From an uncultured Pelagibacteraceae bacterium (lineage in GTDB: Bacteria > Pseudomonadota > Alphaproteobacteria > Pelagibacterales > Pelagibacteraceae), in NCBI GenBank assembly GCA_902543535.1, contig CACBYG010000007.1:3746-67745 (forward strand): a DNA stretch of 64,000 bases, read 5' to 3'. The notes under the pieces are model-generated. The model did no database searches. It worked only from the letters and a program-made list of their open reading frames with translations, and was not told the DNA's origin. Positions 22,653 to 33,103 of this stretch are shown in pieces (position 1 is the first letter of the stretch; the number at the start of each line of letters is the position of its first letter). Made by a program: the position numbers and the translations under genes.

Positions 22653-23453
22653 CTAATTTTTGAAAGAATTTCCATAAATATAGCTCTGAATGTTATTTGC
22701 TAATCCAGTTTCTATATTACATTCAACTATAACACCACTCAAAGTAGCATGACCAATAGCTGGAAAATGTTTAGTGGAGTTTTTTTTTAAAAATCTATTT
22801 AATGAATTTTCTTTATTCATCCCTATGACTGAATCATAGTCGCCACACATACCAGCATCTGTTTGATATCCTGTACCATTATTTAAAATTCTTGCATCAT
22901 TAGTTGGAATATGGGTGTGAGTTCCTACTACAAGCGTAGCTTTGCCATCAAAAAAATGGCCAATCGCATTTTTTTCACTTGTAATCTCACCATGAAAATC
23001 AACAACAAGTATGTCGTAATCTTCTGTTAATTTATTCTCATTTAAAAATTTCTTTGAAGCTTGAAAAACATCTTCACACTTTTTCATAAATACATTTCCC
23101 ATCAAATTCAAAACACCAATTTTTATATTGTCATTTGTTTTATAAATATTAAAACCTTTTCCTGGTGCGGGTTCAAAGAGATTTTTAGGACGTAATAATC
23201 TTTCTTCCTCCTCAATATACTCCATAATTTCTTTTTGATCCCAAACATGGTTTCCTGTTGTAATAACATTCACTCCACAATTAAAAAAATCTTTACATAT
23301 TTCCTTCGTTAGTCCTACTCCTTGAGAAGCAGCATTTTCACCATTAACAATTACAAAATCTATATTTTTTGATTTAATTTCACTTAAGAGATTGTTAGTC
23401 AACTTTGAACAACCAGCGATACCTACTACATCGCCCAAAAATAATATTTTCAT
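22653..23453 (-). CDS. ymdB: YmdB-family metallophosphoesterase
   Basis: GDVVG, NGEN, TTGNH, DFHGEITSEK, GTHTH. Confidence 0.93.
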   Translation of the reverse strand: MKILFLGDVVGIAGCSKLTNNLLSEIKSKNIDFVIVNGENAASQGVGLTKEICKDFFNCGVNVITTGNHVWDQKEIMEYIEEEERLLRPKNLFEPAPGKGFNIYKTNDNIKIGVLNLMGNVFMKKCEDVFQASKKFLNENKLTEDYDILVVDFHGEITSEKNAIGHFFDGKATLVVGTHTHIPTNDARILNNGTGYQTDAGMCGDYDSVIGMNKENSLNRFLKKNSTKHFPAIGHATLSGVIVECNIETGLANNIQSYIYGNSFKN

Positions 23454-23995
23454 TAAATAATCTCTTTCTCAGTAATAACTATATCTAATTTCTTATCATG
23501 TTTATTAACTGGTATTGTCTCTAATTTTTGAAAAGAAAAAGCAAGGCCAACTTTTACTATTTTTTTGATCTTTGATATCTTTTGAATGTAACGGTCATAA
23601 AAACCACCTCCATAACCTAATCTATTTAATTTTTTATCAAATGCCACCAAAGGAACTAATAAGATATCGGGGTAAACTCTATTGGTGGTCTCTGGCTCTG
23701 GAATACCATATTTATTTATTAACAAAGGATCATTTTTATACCATGTATAAAATTCCATCTTACTTTTTTTTTTAATTTTAGGGAGTGATATTGTAGAACC
23801 TTTTTTAAAAAAATAATTTAAAATTTCTAAATCGTTAATCTCATAGTTTGTTGGGTAGTATCCACCTATAATTTTCAAATTATAATTTTTTTTTTTAAGA
23901 TATGAATAAATATTGCTTGGATTTATATTAATCAATTTTTTTGACTTATTTTTTCTTAATTTTAATACTTTATCTCTTAACTTTGATTTAATCAC
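23453..23995 (-). CDS. ygfA: 5-formyltetrahydrofolate cyclo-ligase
   Basis: GIPEP, VPLVAFD, RLGYGGGFYDR, HD..LD. Confidence 0.95.
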   Translation of the reverse strand: MIKSKLRDKVLKLRKNKSKKLININPSNIYSYLKKKNYNLKIIGGYYPTNYEINDLEILNYFFKKGSTISLPKIKKKSKMEFYTWYKNDPLLINKYGIPEPETTNRVYPDILLVPLVAFDKKLNRLGYGGGFYDRYIQKISKIKKIVKVGLAFSFQKLETIPVNKHDKKLDIVITEKEII

Positions 23996-23999
23996 AAAT

Positions 24000-24446
24000 T
24001 TATTGGGATAGATTATCTATTTTTGTCTTTTTGACAAAATTTGATATTTGGTCAGCTGCTTCATCAATTAACTGCTCATATTTTTTTTTATTATTTTCAA
24101 TCTCAATTTTAAAATCTTCATGATTTGAATTAAGTTTTTTTATCTCTTCCTCTTTCTTATCTCGATATTCATAAATTAAAGATTTAAGTTCTTTAAATTT
24201 ATTTGACAAGTCTTGGAATTCATTTTTTCTTTGCTCGACCTTTTTTTTAGTCTCATAATACTCATCCATTATTTTCACTGCTGTAATTAATAGAAGTTTA
24301 TTTTCACCTAAATTGCCTAAATCATTTTTTAAATTATTAAACTTTTGACTAATTTGGACTAGTAATTCGTCTAAGTGTTCTTCTTGTCCATCCTCACAGG
24401 ACAATATGAATTCTTTATTATTAAATTTAATAGTTACATTTCCCAT
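24000..24446 (-). CDS. zapA: cell division protein ZapA with coiled-coil extension
   Basis: VTIKFNNKEFILSCEDGQEEHL and conserved position. Confidence 0.85.
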   Translation of the reverse strand: MGNVTIKFNNKEFILSCEDGQEEHLDELLVQISQKFNNLKNDLGNLGENKLLLITAVKIMDEYYETKKKVEQRKNEFQDLSNKFKELKSLIYEYRDKKEEEIKKLNSNHEDFKIEIENNKKKYEQLIDEAADQISNFVKKTKIDNLSQ

Positions 24447-24757
24447 TTATCAATTTCTTCTAATAAAGTATCTGTTTCTTGATTTAATTCATCAATTTTT
24501 TCAGAAAATTCGATTTGTTTTCTTTCTTCTCGTTTTTCTTTATTTTTAATTTCCTCTAATTTCTTCGATAGCGAGCTATGCTCCTCGAGTAATTCTTTAT
24601 ATTTAATTTCTAACTCATTTTTTTCAATTTCTAATTGATTTTTTTGCTTACTTAAATTTTCAATATTATTTTGTAATTTTGGATTGGTTAAGTCTAAATT
24701 TTTTAATTCATCTAAAACTGAAACTAATTTTTTTTCTTTTTCGTTTATAGAATTCAT
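24434..24757 (-). CDS. coiled-coil protein, ZapB-like
   Basis: Pure heptad E/K/L/N coiled coil, between tkt and zapA. Confidence 0.6.
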   Translation of the reverse strand: MNSINEKEKKLVSVLDELKNLDLTNPKLQNNIENLSKQKNQLEIEKNELEIKYKELLEEHSSLSKKLEEIKNKEKREERKQIEFSEKIDELNQETDTLLEEIDKWEM

Positions 24758-24808
24758 ATATATAGATATAGTATTAAATAGATTCTTCTTAGTCTAGTCA
24801 GGATAATT

Positions 24809-26767
24809 TTGAATAAACTACATAATGATTTAGCAAATTGCATTAGATTTTTATCAATAGATGCGGTTCAAAAAGCTAATTCTGGACACCCAGGTATGCC
24901 AATGGGTATGGCAGATGTTGTAACAGTACTTTTTAAGAACTTTTTAAGATTTAATCCTAAAAATCCAAATTGGATGAATAGGGATAGATTCGTTTTATCT
25001 GCAGGTCATGGATCAATGCTTTTATACTCTTTACTGTTTTTAACTGGATATAAAAGTATTTCATTAAATAGTATAAAAAATTTCAGACAGCTAAATTCCA
25101 TATGTGCCGGTCATCCTGAATATCATCCAAATTCAGGTATCGAAACAACAACAGGTCCTCTTGGGCAAGGAATAGCAAACGCAGTGGGATTTGCAATCGC
25201 AGAGGAAATTTTAAAAAAAAAATTAGGAAATGATTTAATTGATCACAAAACTTATGTTTTGGCTGGAGATGGGTGTTTAATGGAAGGAATAAGTCATGAG
25301 GCAATGAGTTTAGCGGGACATTTGAAGCTTAAAAATTTAGTAATGCTTTTTGATAACAATTCAATTTCAATTGACGGTCCAACCGATCTTGCTGTTTCAG
25401 ATAATTTTAAAAAAAGATTTGAGGCTTATGGTTGGAATTATATTTTAATAAATGGACATAATGAGAAAGAAATATTTAAAGCATTAAAAAATGTTCAAAA
25501 AGCAAAAAAACCAACTGTTATTTCTTGTAAAACAAAAATTGGATATGGCTCACCAAATAAATCAGGTAAAGCGTCCTCCCATGGAAGTCCCCTAGGTCTT
25601 GAAGAGATTGAACTTGTTAGAAAAGCCCTAAATTGGAACAATAAACCTTTTAACATTCCAGATAAATTTTTGAAGGAGTGGAGAAAAATTGGTCAAAGAT
25701 GTGAAGCTCAAGAAAAAAAATGGATTAAGATATTTAATAGAAACAAAACAAAATTTAAAAATATAAAAAAAAATAATTTAATAAGTGTTTTAAAAAGAGA
25801 AAAAAGAAATGCGATTTTGGAGCCTAAAAGTTTGGCCACAAGAAAATGTTCTGAGATGACACTTAATGCATTAACAAACCAAAATCATAACTTAATTGGT
25901 GGCTCTGCCGATTTAGCAGGATCTAACAATACAAAAACAAAACATCAAAAAATAATTAAGCCTGGAGATTTTAGTGGAGATTATATTCACTACGGGGTAA
26001 GAGAGCATGGAATGAGTGGGATAATGAATGGTATTGCACTCTATGGAAATTTAATTCCATATGGCGGAACTTTTTTAATTTTTTCTGATTATTGTAAATC
26101 TTCAATTAGGTTATCTGCTTTGATGCAAAAAAGAGTGATATATGTGATGACGCATGACTCAATAGGGCTTGGAGAGGATGGGCCAACCCATCAGCCAATT
26201 GAGCAGCTCTCAGGTTTACGATCAATTCCAAATTTAAATGTTTTTAGACCAGCAGATAGAGTTGAAACAATTGAATGTTGGGAACATGCTTTAAAAAATT
26301 CTAAAACACCCAGTATTTTATCTTTAACAAGACAAGGCCTAAATCCTATAAGAAAGTCATTTACAAATATAAATAAATGTTCCTTGGGAGCCTATGAAGT
26401 TTTGAGAACTAATAATAAAATTAATTTAACAATATTAGCAAGCGGTTCAGAGGTTAATTTGGCAGTCGAAACTAGTCATAAATTAGCCAAAGATAAAATA
26501 TACTGTAAAGTTATATCAATGCCGTCTATGGAGCTTTTCGATCTACAATCAAAATTATATAGAAGTAAAATTTTAAATGAAACTAAATTTAAAATTTCAA
26601 TAGAAGCTGGATCAAGTGATTGTTGGAAAAAATATGTAGGGAGTTCAGGTCTAACATTTGGAATTAATGAATTTGGCAGGAGTGCACCCTATAAAGATAT
26701 TTTTAAACACTTTGGACTAACTGTTTCAAATATTGCCAGTAAAACCAAAAAAATGATAAGAAATTAA
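24809..26767 (+). CDS. tkt: transketolase
   Basis: SGHPG, DRFVLSAGH, GDGCLMEG, GEDGPTHQP. TTG start after AGGA. Confidence 0.98.
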   Translation: MNKLHNDLANCIRFLSIDAVQKANSGHPGMPMGMADVVTVLFKNFLRFNPKNPNWMNRDRFVLSAGHGSMLLYSLLFLTGYKSISLNSIKNFRQLNSICAGHPEYHPNSGIETTTGPLGQGIANAVGFAIAEEILKKKLGNDLIDHKTYVLAGDGCLMEGISHEAMSLAGHLKLKNLVMLFDNNSISIDGPTDLAVSDNFKKRFEAYGWNYILINGHNEKEIFKALKNVQKAKKPTVISCKTKIGYGSPNKSGKASSHGSPLGLEEIELVRKALNWNNKPFNIPDKFLKEWRKIGQRCEAQEKKWIKIFNRNKTKFKNIKKNNLISVLKREKRNAILEPKSLATRKCSEMTLNALTNQNHNLIGGSADLAGSNNTKTKHQKIIKPGDFSGDYIHYGVREHGMSGIMNGIALYGNLIPYGGTFLIFSDYCKSSIRLSALMQKRVIYVMTHDSIGLGEDGPTHQPIEQLSGLRSIPNLNVFRPADRVETIECWEHALKNSKTPSILSLTRQGLNPIRKSFTNINKCSLGAYEVLRTNNKINLTILASGSEVNLAVETSHKLAKDKIYCKVISMPSMELFDLQSKLYRSKILNETKFKISIEAGSSDCWKKYVGSSGLTFGINEFGRSAPYKDIFKHFGLTVSNIASKTKKMIRN

Positions 26768-26769
26768 AT

Positions 26770-27777
26770 ATGGCAATCAAAATTGGAATTAATGGAATGG
26801 GTAGAATTGGTCGTATGATTGTCAGATCAATTTTTGAAAGTCGAAATAAAAATTTAAAGATTCAACATATTAATAACAGATCTAATTCAGAAACTACAGG
26901 TAAATTAATTAGATACGATTCTATCCATGGAAAATTTGATGCTGATATAAAATTTGATGAAAATAATTTAATAATAAATAAACAAAAAATTTCATTTTCT
27001 CAAGAATCTAAGATCGAAAAAATTAATTGGAAAAAGTATGATGTTGACTATGTTTTAGAATGTACAGGTAAATTTAACTCAAGAGAAAAACTTGAAGCTC
27101 ATATTAAAAATGGTGCAAAAAAAGTGATTGTATCTGCTCCATGCAAAAATGCAGACAAAACAATAGTTTTTGGTGTTAACGAAAACACCTTATCTAAAAA
27201 AGATAAAATAATCTCTGCTGCTTCATGTACTACGAATTGTTTGGCACCAGTTGTAGATATCATTCATAAAAAATTTCAAATTGAAAAAGGTTTTATGACA
27301 ACGATTCATTCATTTACTAGTGACCAAAGAATTTTGGACAATTCTCATAAAGATCCAAGAAGAGCTCGATCTGCAAGCCAGTCGATTGTTCCTACATCAA
27401 CTGGAGCGTCAAAAGCAATAGGTGAGATAATTCCAGGTTTGAAAGGAAAATTAGAAGGTGTAGCGATGAGAGTACCTACACCAAATGTTTCTCTTATAGA
27501 ATTAGTTTTTTGTACGAAAAAAGAAATTAATATAAAAAATATAAATAACGAATTTGAATTAGCTTCAAAAAGAGAATTAAAAAGAATTTTAGAAGTTACT
27601 TATGAAAAATTAGTTTCTGTTGATTTCAATCATCATTCAGCTTCTGCGATCATTGATGCTTCTTTAACCAATGTTGTTGGAACAAATATGGGTAAAATTT
27701 CAGCTTGGTATGACAACGAATGGGGTTTTTCTAACAGAATGTGTGATATAGCTGAAAATTTACATAAAATCTCTTAA
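26770..27777 (+). CDS. gap: glyceraldehyde-3-phosphate dehydrogenase (type I)
   Basis: GINGMGRIGR, ASCTTNC, WYDNE. Confidence 0.97.
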   Translation: MAIKIGINGMGRIGRMIVRSIFESRNKNLKIQHINNRSNSETTGKLIRYDSIHGKFDADIKFDENNLIINKQKISFSQESKIEKINWKKYDVDYVLECTGKFNSREKLEAHIKNGAKKVIVSAPCKNADKTIVFGVNENTLSKKDKIISAASCTTNCLAPVVDIIHKKFQIEKGFMTTIHSFTSDQRILDNSHKDPRRARSASQSIVPTSTGASKAIGEIIPGLKGKLEGVAMRVPTPNVSLIELVFCTKKEINIKNINNEFELASKRELKRILEVTYEKLVSVDFNHHSASAIIDASLTNVVGTNMGKISAWYDNEWGFSNRMCDIAENLHKIS

Positions 27778-28958
27778 TGAGAAGTATTAAATGCGAAACA
27801 AATCTTCGTGGAAAAAAAATATTACTAAGATTAGATTTAAATGTTCCTATAGTTAAAGGGAAAATAAGTGACACAACTAGAATAGATAAAATTCTACCTA
27901 CTTTGAGATTTCTTAATAAACAAAAAGCTAAAATTATTATTTTATCACATGTGGGTAGGCCAAGAGGTAAAGCTTTAAAAGAACTTTCATTAAAACCAAT
28001 CTGTGAAAATTTAAAGGAACAATTAGGTTTAAATGTGAAATTAATTACACAAAATATAAATGAAATTAAAAATAAGAATTTCTTCGATAGTTTTGATGAG
28101 GAAATCTTAATGTTAGAAAATATTAGGTTTTATACAGAAGAAGAAAAGAATGATAAAAAGTTTGCAGAGCACTTAGCAAGTTTTGGTGATATTTATGTTA
28201 ATGATGCTTTCTCTTGCTCTCATCGTTCACATGCTTCAATTGTTGAAATTTCTAAATTCCTGCCTTCATTTTCTGGATTACAAATAGATTTAGAAATTGA
28301 TGCCCTTACTAAAATTACCTCTGATATTAAGAAACCAATTTCTTGTATAATTGGAGGATCCAAAATTTCTACCAAAATTGATATTATTAAAAATTTAATA
28401 CCTAAATTTGACAATATTATTATTGTTGGAGCTATGGCTAATAATTTTATTGAGTACTTTGGTCACAATATTGGAAAATCTATTAAAGAAAAAAACTGTG
28501 ACCCAATCATTGAAGAAATTATTTCACTTTCAAAAAAAGAAAAATGTGAAATAAGTTATCCAGAAGATGTGCTTGTATCTAGAGACTTAAATGGATCATA
28601 CAAAAAAAGAAAATTAAATGAAATTCTGAAAGATGAAATGATTTTAGACATTGGACCAAAAACTATTAATAAAATAACAAATATTATTAATTCTAGTAAG
28701 ACCATATTATGGAATGGACCTGCTGGATATTTTGAAAACCCCAACTTTGCGAACGGCAGCATTGAAATAGCAAAAACAATAATTAAAAATAATAAATTAA
28801 ACAAAATTTTTTCAGTTGTTGGTGGAGGAGATACAGTCTCATTATTAAACAGTATAAAGGCTGTTGACAGTTTTAACTTTGTTTCAACTGCAGGTGGAGC
28901 CTTTTTAGAATATCTTGAAGGTAAAAAGCTTCCTGGTATAACCGCGTTAAATCAATAA
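27777..28958 (+). CDS. pgk: phosphoglycerate kinase
   Basis: RLDLNVP, SHVGRP, LENIRF, STAGGA. Confidence 0.98.
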   Translation: MRSIKCETNLRGKKILLRLDLNVPIVKGKISDTTRIDKILPTLRFLNKQKAKIIILSHVGRPRGKALKELSLKPICENLKEQLGLNVKLITQNINEIKNKNFFDSFDEEILMLENIRFYTEEEKNDKKFAEHLASFGDIYVNDAFSCSHRSHASIVEISKFLPSFSGLQIDLEIDALTKITSDIKKPISCIIGGSKISTKIDIIKNLIPKFDNIIIVGAMANNFIEYFGHNIGKSIKEKNCDPIIEEIISLSKKEKCEISYPEDVLVSRDLNGSYKKRKLNEILKDEMILDIGPKTINKITNIINSSKTILWNGPAGYFENPNFANGSIEIAKTIIKNNKLNKIFSVVGGGDTVSLLNSIKAVDSFNFVSTAGGAFLEYLEGKKLPGITALNQ

Positions 28959-29969
28959 ATGTCAGAACTAAATAAAATTGCACTAAAAATAATTTCTAAC
29001 GGTAAAGGTATACTTGCTGCAGATGAAAGCAATGGTACTATGACTAAGAGACTTACAGCGGTAAATGTAAATTCTACTTCAGAAAATAGACTATTGTTTA
29101 GAGAAATTCTTTTCTCATCCGAATGCATGAAAGATTGTATTGGAGGAGTTATTCTTTACGATGAAACAATAAACCAAACTACAAGTTTTGGAAAATCAAT
29201 CCCCGACCTAATTTCAGCCTCAGGCGCTGTGCCAGGAATTAAAGTTGATACTGGTGCTAAAGAATTAGCAAACTCCACTGAAGAAAAAATTACTGAAGGT
29301 TTAGATGGCCTCAGAGAGAGATTAAAAAAATATTATGAACTTGGAGCAAGATTTACAAAATGGAGGGGGGTTTACTCTATTAGTAAAAAATATCCAACAA
29401 TGCTAGCAATAAATAGTAATGCTCATGCACTTGCAAGATACTCAGCCTTAGTACAAGAAAATGGTATGGTCCCAATAGTGGAGCCAGAGGTATTAATGGA
29501 TGGAGAACATTCTGCAGATGTTTGTTTAAGTATAACATCAGAAATTATAAAAAAATGTTTTGAAGAACTAATCTTACATAAAGTTGATCTTTCAGGAATA
29601 ATTTTAAAACCAAATATGATATTATCTGGAACTCAATCAAAAGAGAGAATATCTAGTGAAGAGGTTTCAAACAAAACACTTGAGTGTCTTAAAAATTCAG
29701 TTCCTAGTGATGTACCTGGGATCGCCTTTTTATCAGGAGGTCAGTCTGAGTCAGAAGCTACAGAAAATTTAAATTTAATAAATAAAAACAACAATACTAA
29801 TTTTATTATGACATACTCATATGGAAGAGCTCTTCAGCAAAGTGCTCTTAAAGTATGGTCTAAAAATATAAATGATATAGAGCGAACTCAAAAAACTTTT
29901 AATCACAGAGCTAAAATGTGTACATTGGCTGCTCAGGGCAAATGGGTGAGAGAACTTGAGAGTAAATAA
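28959..29969 (+). CDS. fbaB: class I fructose-bisphosphate aldolase
   Basis: GKGILAADES, VPIVEPE, LKPNM, FLSGGQ, YSYGRALQ. Confidence 0.95.
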   Translation: MSELNKIALKIISNGKGILAADESNGTMTKRLTAVNVNSTSENRLLFREILFSSECMKDCIGGVILYDETINQTTSFGKSIPDLISASGAVPGIKVDTGAKELANSTEEKITEGLDGLRERLKKYYELGARFTKWRGVYSISKKYPTMLAINSNAHALARYSALVQENGMVPIVEPEVLMDGEHSADVCLSITSEIIKKCFEELILHKVDLSGIILKPNMILSGTQSKERISSEEVSNKTLECLKNSVPSDVPGIAFLSGGQSESEATENLNLINKNNNTNFIMTYSYGRALQQSALKVWSKNINDIERTQKTFNHRAKMCTLAAQGKWVRELESK

Positions 29970-30570
29970 AAAGAAATTTATTTATCTTATTTCTCCTAAC
30001 AAAATATATAAAAAATTTTTTAAAGATCTTCAAAAAGTACTAGAAACAGGAAAAATTAGCTTTTTTCAATTGAGGCTCAAAAAATATTCCCTCAAACATA
30101 AAATTTTGATTGGACAAAAAATAAAAAATTTCTGTAAAAAAAATAAAGTAAAATTTTTGATCAATGATGATCCAATACTTGCAAAAAGATTAGGTGCTGA
30201 TGGTTGTCATTTAGGTCAAAAAGATATGAATATAAAAGAAGCTAGGAAGATAATTGGCAAAAAAATTATAGGTATTACCTGCCATAATTCTATAACCTTA
30301 GCAAAAATAGCTATAAAAGCTAAAGCAAGCTATTTAGCGTTTGGAGCTTTTTATTCTTCTAAAACTAAAAAAACCAAATATGCAGCTAATATAAAAATTT
30401 TAAATAAGATTAAAAAAATTACTAAAACCCCTATTGTAGCTATTGGAGGGATTAATTCCAAAAATTATAAAAAACTGTTATTGAACAATGCAAATTTTTT
30501 AGCTATTTCAGGCTACATTTGGAATAATAAAAAATATAAACCCTTGGAAGCTTTAGAGAAATTAAAATGA
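29956..30570 (+). CDS. thiE: thiamine phosphate synthase
   Basis: QLRLK, INDD, GCHLGQKD, VAIGGI. Confidence 0.94.
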   Translation: MRVNKKKFIYLISPNKIYKKFFKDLQKVLETGKISFFQLRLKKYSLKHKILIGQKIKNFCKKNKVKFLINDDPILAKRLGADGCHLGQKDMNIKEARKIIGKKIIGITCHNSITLAKIAIKAKASYLAFGAFYSSKTKKTKYAANIKILNKIKKITKTPIVAIGGINSKNYKKLLLNNANFLAISGYIWNNKKYKPLEALEKLK

Positions 30571-31127
30571 AAATTAATGCTGGTGAGATAAGAGTTGGAA
30601 TGCTTTTGGAATATAAGAATGACTTATGGCAAGTTTTAAAAACTCAGCATGTTAAACCAGGTAAAGGTGGTGCCTTCGCACAAGTTGAAATGAAAAGTGT
30701 AGGGAAAAATACAAAGTTAAATGAAAGATTTAGGTCAAGTGAAACAGTTGAAAAGGCTTCTTTAGAGGAAACAAAATTTAATTACCTTTATGAGGATGAA
30801 ATTTATTATTTTTTTATGAACCCAAAAAGTTTTGAACAAATAGAAATTAAAAAAGATGTGGTTGGAGATCAAGGGAAGCTTTTATCAGAAAATCTTGAAG
30901 TTTCTGTAAATTTTTATAATGAAAATCCAATTTCAGTTGAACTGCCTAACCAAGTAAAGTGTAAAATAGAAACAACTGATGCAGCTTTAAAAGGACAAAC
31001 AGTTTCGTCATCTTATAAACCTGCAACTCTTGATAATGGATTAAGTATTCAAGTGCCTCCATTTATTGAGTCAGATGATGAAGTAATAATTGATACAAGA
31101 AATTTAGAATACGTAAAAAAAATTTAA
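30567..31127 (+). CDS. efp: elongation factor P
   Basis: HVKPGKGGAF, YKPATLDNG, VPPFI. Confidence 0.98.
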   Translation: MKINAGEIRVGMLLEYKNDLWQVLKTQHVKPGKGGAFAQVEMKSVGKNTKLNERFRSSETVEKASLEETKFNYLYEDEIYYFFMNPKSFEQIEIKKDVVGDQGKLLSENLEVSVNFYNENPISVELPNQVKCKIETTDAALKGQTVSSSYKPATLDNGLSIQVPPFIESDDEVIIDTRNLEYVKKI

Positions 31128-31131
31128 ACAT

Positions 31132-31872
31132 ATGATTTCTATCTCCTCAAATCTCAATGTTATGATTAAGGCTGTGGAGAAAGCATCTAAAATAGTAATT
31201 AGAGATTTTGGAGAAGTAGAAAAGTTACAAGTATCCAAGAAAGGTCCCAGAGATTTTGTTACTAAAACAGATAAACGTGTTGAAAATATTATTATTGAGG
31301 AACTTAGTAAAACAAAAAAAAATTACTCTTTCCTTTCTGAAGAGATTGGAAAAATAAAAAATAAGGATGAGGAAAATATATGGATTATCGACCCAATTGA
31401 TGGAACAACAAACTTCCTTAACGGTATCCCACATTTTGCAATTTGTATTGCATTACAATCAAAGAAAGAAATAATCAGTGGTTTAATTTTTGATCCTATA
31501 AAAGACGAGATGTTTTTTGCAGAAAAAAATAAAGGTTCTTATCTTAATAACCAAAGATTAAGAGTGTCAAAAAAAAATGTCATGGATGATTGTTTATTTT
31601 CTAGCAACCATGATGGGGTAAGATTTAGTAATTTTAATATGCGCTATACTGGTTGCGCAGCTTTAGACCTAGCATATGTTGCCGCTGGAAGATTTGATGG
31701 ATACTTTCATAATAATATTAATCTTTGGGATGTGGCGGCTGGATCACTTATGGTGCGGGAGGCTGGTGGGATCGTGAATGATCTAAATAAATTCAACAAT
31801 AATGCAATTAATATTAGAGCCTCAAGTGATGGGATTAATGATAAAATGCTTAAAGAATTAGAGAACTTTTAA
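31132..31872 (+). CDS. suhB: inositol monophosphatase family (SuhB)
   Basis: WIIDPIDGTTNF, WDVAAG. Confidence 0.93.
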   Translation: MISISSNLNVMIKAVEKASKIVIRDFGEVEKLQVSKKGPRDFVTKTDKRVENIIIEELSKTKKNYSFLSEEIGKIKNKDEENIWIIDPIDGTTNFLNGIPHFAICIALQSKKEIISGLIFDPIKDEMFFAEKNKGSYLNNQRLRVSKKNVMDDCLFSSNHDGVRFSNFNMRYTGCAALDLAYVAAGRFDGYFHNNINLWDVAAGSLMVREAGGIVNDLNKFNNNAINIRASSDGINDKMLKELENF

Positions 31873-31900
31873 TTGAGTTCTGAATTTCCTTTGCTATAAG
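31873..31900 (+). promoter_or_regulatory. putative sigma70 promoter of rpmE
   Basis: TTGAGT-N16-TATAAG with extended -10 TG, 7 nt before the ATG. Confidence 0.5.
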
Positions 31901-31907
31901 TCTCGTT

Positions 31908-32138
31908 ATGAAAAAAAATATTCACCCAAACTACCACACCATTAAAGTAGAAATGACAGATGGTAGTCAGTTTGAGACTAAGTCCACCTGGGGTACTAAA
32001 GGAGACTTATTGAAATTAGAAATTGATCCTAAATCCCATTCTGCATGGACGGGTGGAAAACAAAAATTAATGGATAAAGGTAGAATTAGTAAATTTAACA
32101 AAAAATTCCAAAATTTTAAATCAGAAAAGAAAAATTAA
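31908..32138 (+). CDS. rpmE: 50S ribosomal protein L31 (Cys-free type)
   Basis: [32 protein letters not shown]. Confidence 0.97.
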   Translation: MKKNIHPNYHTIKVEMTDGSQFETKSTWGTKGDLLKLEIDPKSHSAWTGGKQKLMDKGRISKFNKKFQNFKSEKKN

Positions 32139-32720
32139 ATGTCAAACGCACCTTTGATGCCAATGGCTACTGCTGTTTGGTTAGTTGAAAATACAACGTT
32201 AACATTTAAACAAATTGCAGATTTTTGTCAATTACATGAAGTAGAGATTCAAGGAATAGCTGATGGTGAAGTAGCAAAAGGTATTAAAGCTTACAATCCT
32301 ATAATATCTGGTCAGTTATCAAGGGAAGAAATTGAACTCTCATCTAAAGACGAAAATAGATCATTGCAAATTAAGAGCAGTGACATTGAAATATCAAACT
32401 TAGAAAAAAAAATAAAAAAATATGTTCCACTTTCAAAAAGGCAAGATAAACCAGATTCTGCTTTATGGCTTATAAAACAACACAATTTACTTAAAGATTC
32501 TCAAATTGCTAAACTTGTTGGTGTTACAAAAAACTCCGTCACGTCAATCAGAAACAAAAGTTATTGGAATTACAACAATCTGAATCCTAAAGATCCCGTT
32601 GCATTAAATTTATTTACTCAAAAAGATCTTTTAGATGCTATTGAAAAAGCTGAAAGAAGAATAAAAAGAGAAAAGAAACAGAAGGAAAAAGAAAAACTAA
32701 GTAACCCTGTAACTATATAA
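32139..32720 (+). CDS. DUF1013 family protein (TrcR-like)
   Basis: PLMPMATAVWLVENT, PLSKRQDKPD, PKDPV. Confidence 0.88.
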   Translation: MSNAPLMPMATAVWLVENTTLTFKQIADFCQLHEVEIQGIADGEVAKGIKAYNPIISGQLSREEIELSSKDENRSLQIKSSDIEISNLEKKIKKYVPLSKRQDKPDSALWLIKQHNLLKDSQIAKLVGVTKNSVTSIRNKSYWNYNNLNPKDPVALNLFTQKDLLDAIEKAERRIKREKKQKEKEKLSNPVTI

Positions 32721-32771
32721 TGAACGAAATTTATAGACATAAAATTATAAAAGTGATAATTAACCACTTTT

Positions 32772-32978
32772 TTGGAGGTAGTTATTAAAATAGAAGTAAA
32801 AGATAATAATATTGAACAAGCTTTAAGAGTATTAAAAAGAAAGCTTCAGAGAGACGGTTTTTTTAAAGTAATCAAGTTAAAAAATACATACGAAAAGCCT
32901 TCTGAGAAAAAAAAAAGAATTCTTCAGGAGAATATTAAGAGAGTTAAAAAGCTAAATAAACTTAAAAATAGAATATAA
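32772..32978 (+). CDS. rpsU: 30S ribosomal protein S21 (true start possibly ATT at 32784)
   Basis: VKDNNIEQALRVLKRKLQRDG, YEKPSEKK. Confidence 0.95.
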   Translation: MEVVIKIEVKDNNIEQALRVLKRKLQRDGFFKVIKLKNTYEKPSEKKKRILQENIKRVKKLNKLKNRI

Positions 32979-32984
32979 ATATAC

Positions 32985-33061
<77 letters not shown>

Positions 33062-33103
33062 ATTCCCTATTTGATTTAAATAAAATTATGGTAATTATAA
33101 ATT

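Noticed and set aside
10210-30570. TPP riboswitch for thiD or thiE
   Set aside because: Both genes abut or overlap their upstream genes, leaving no leader.
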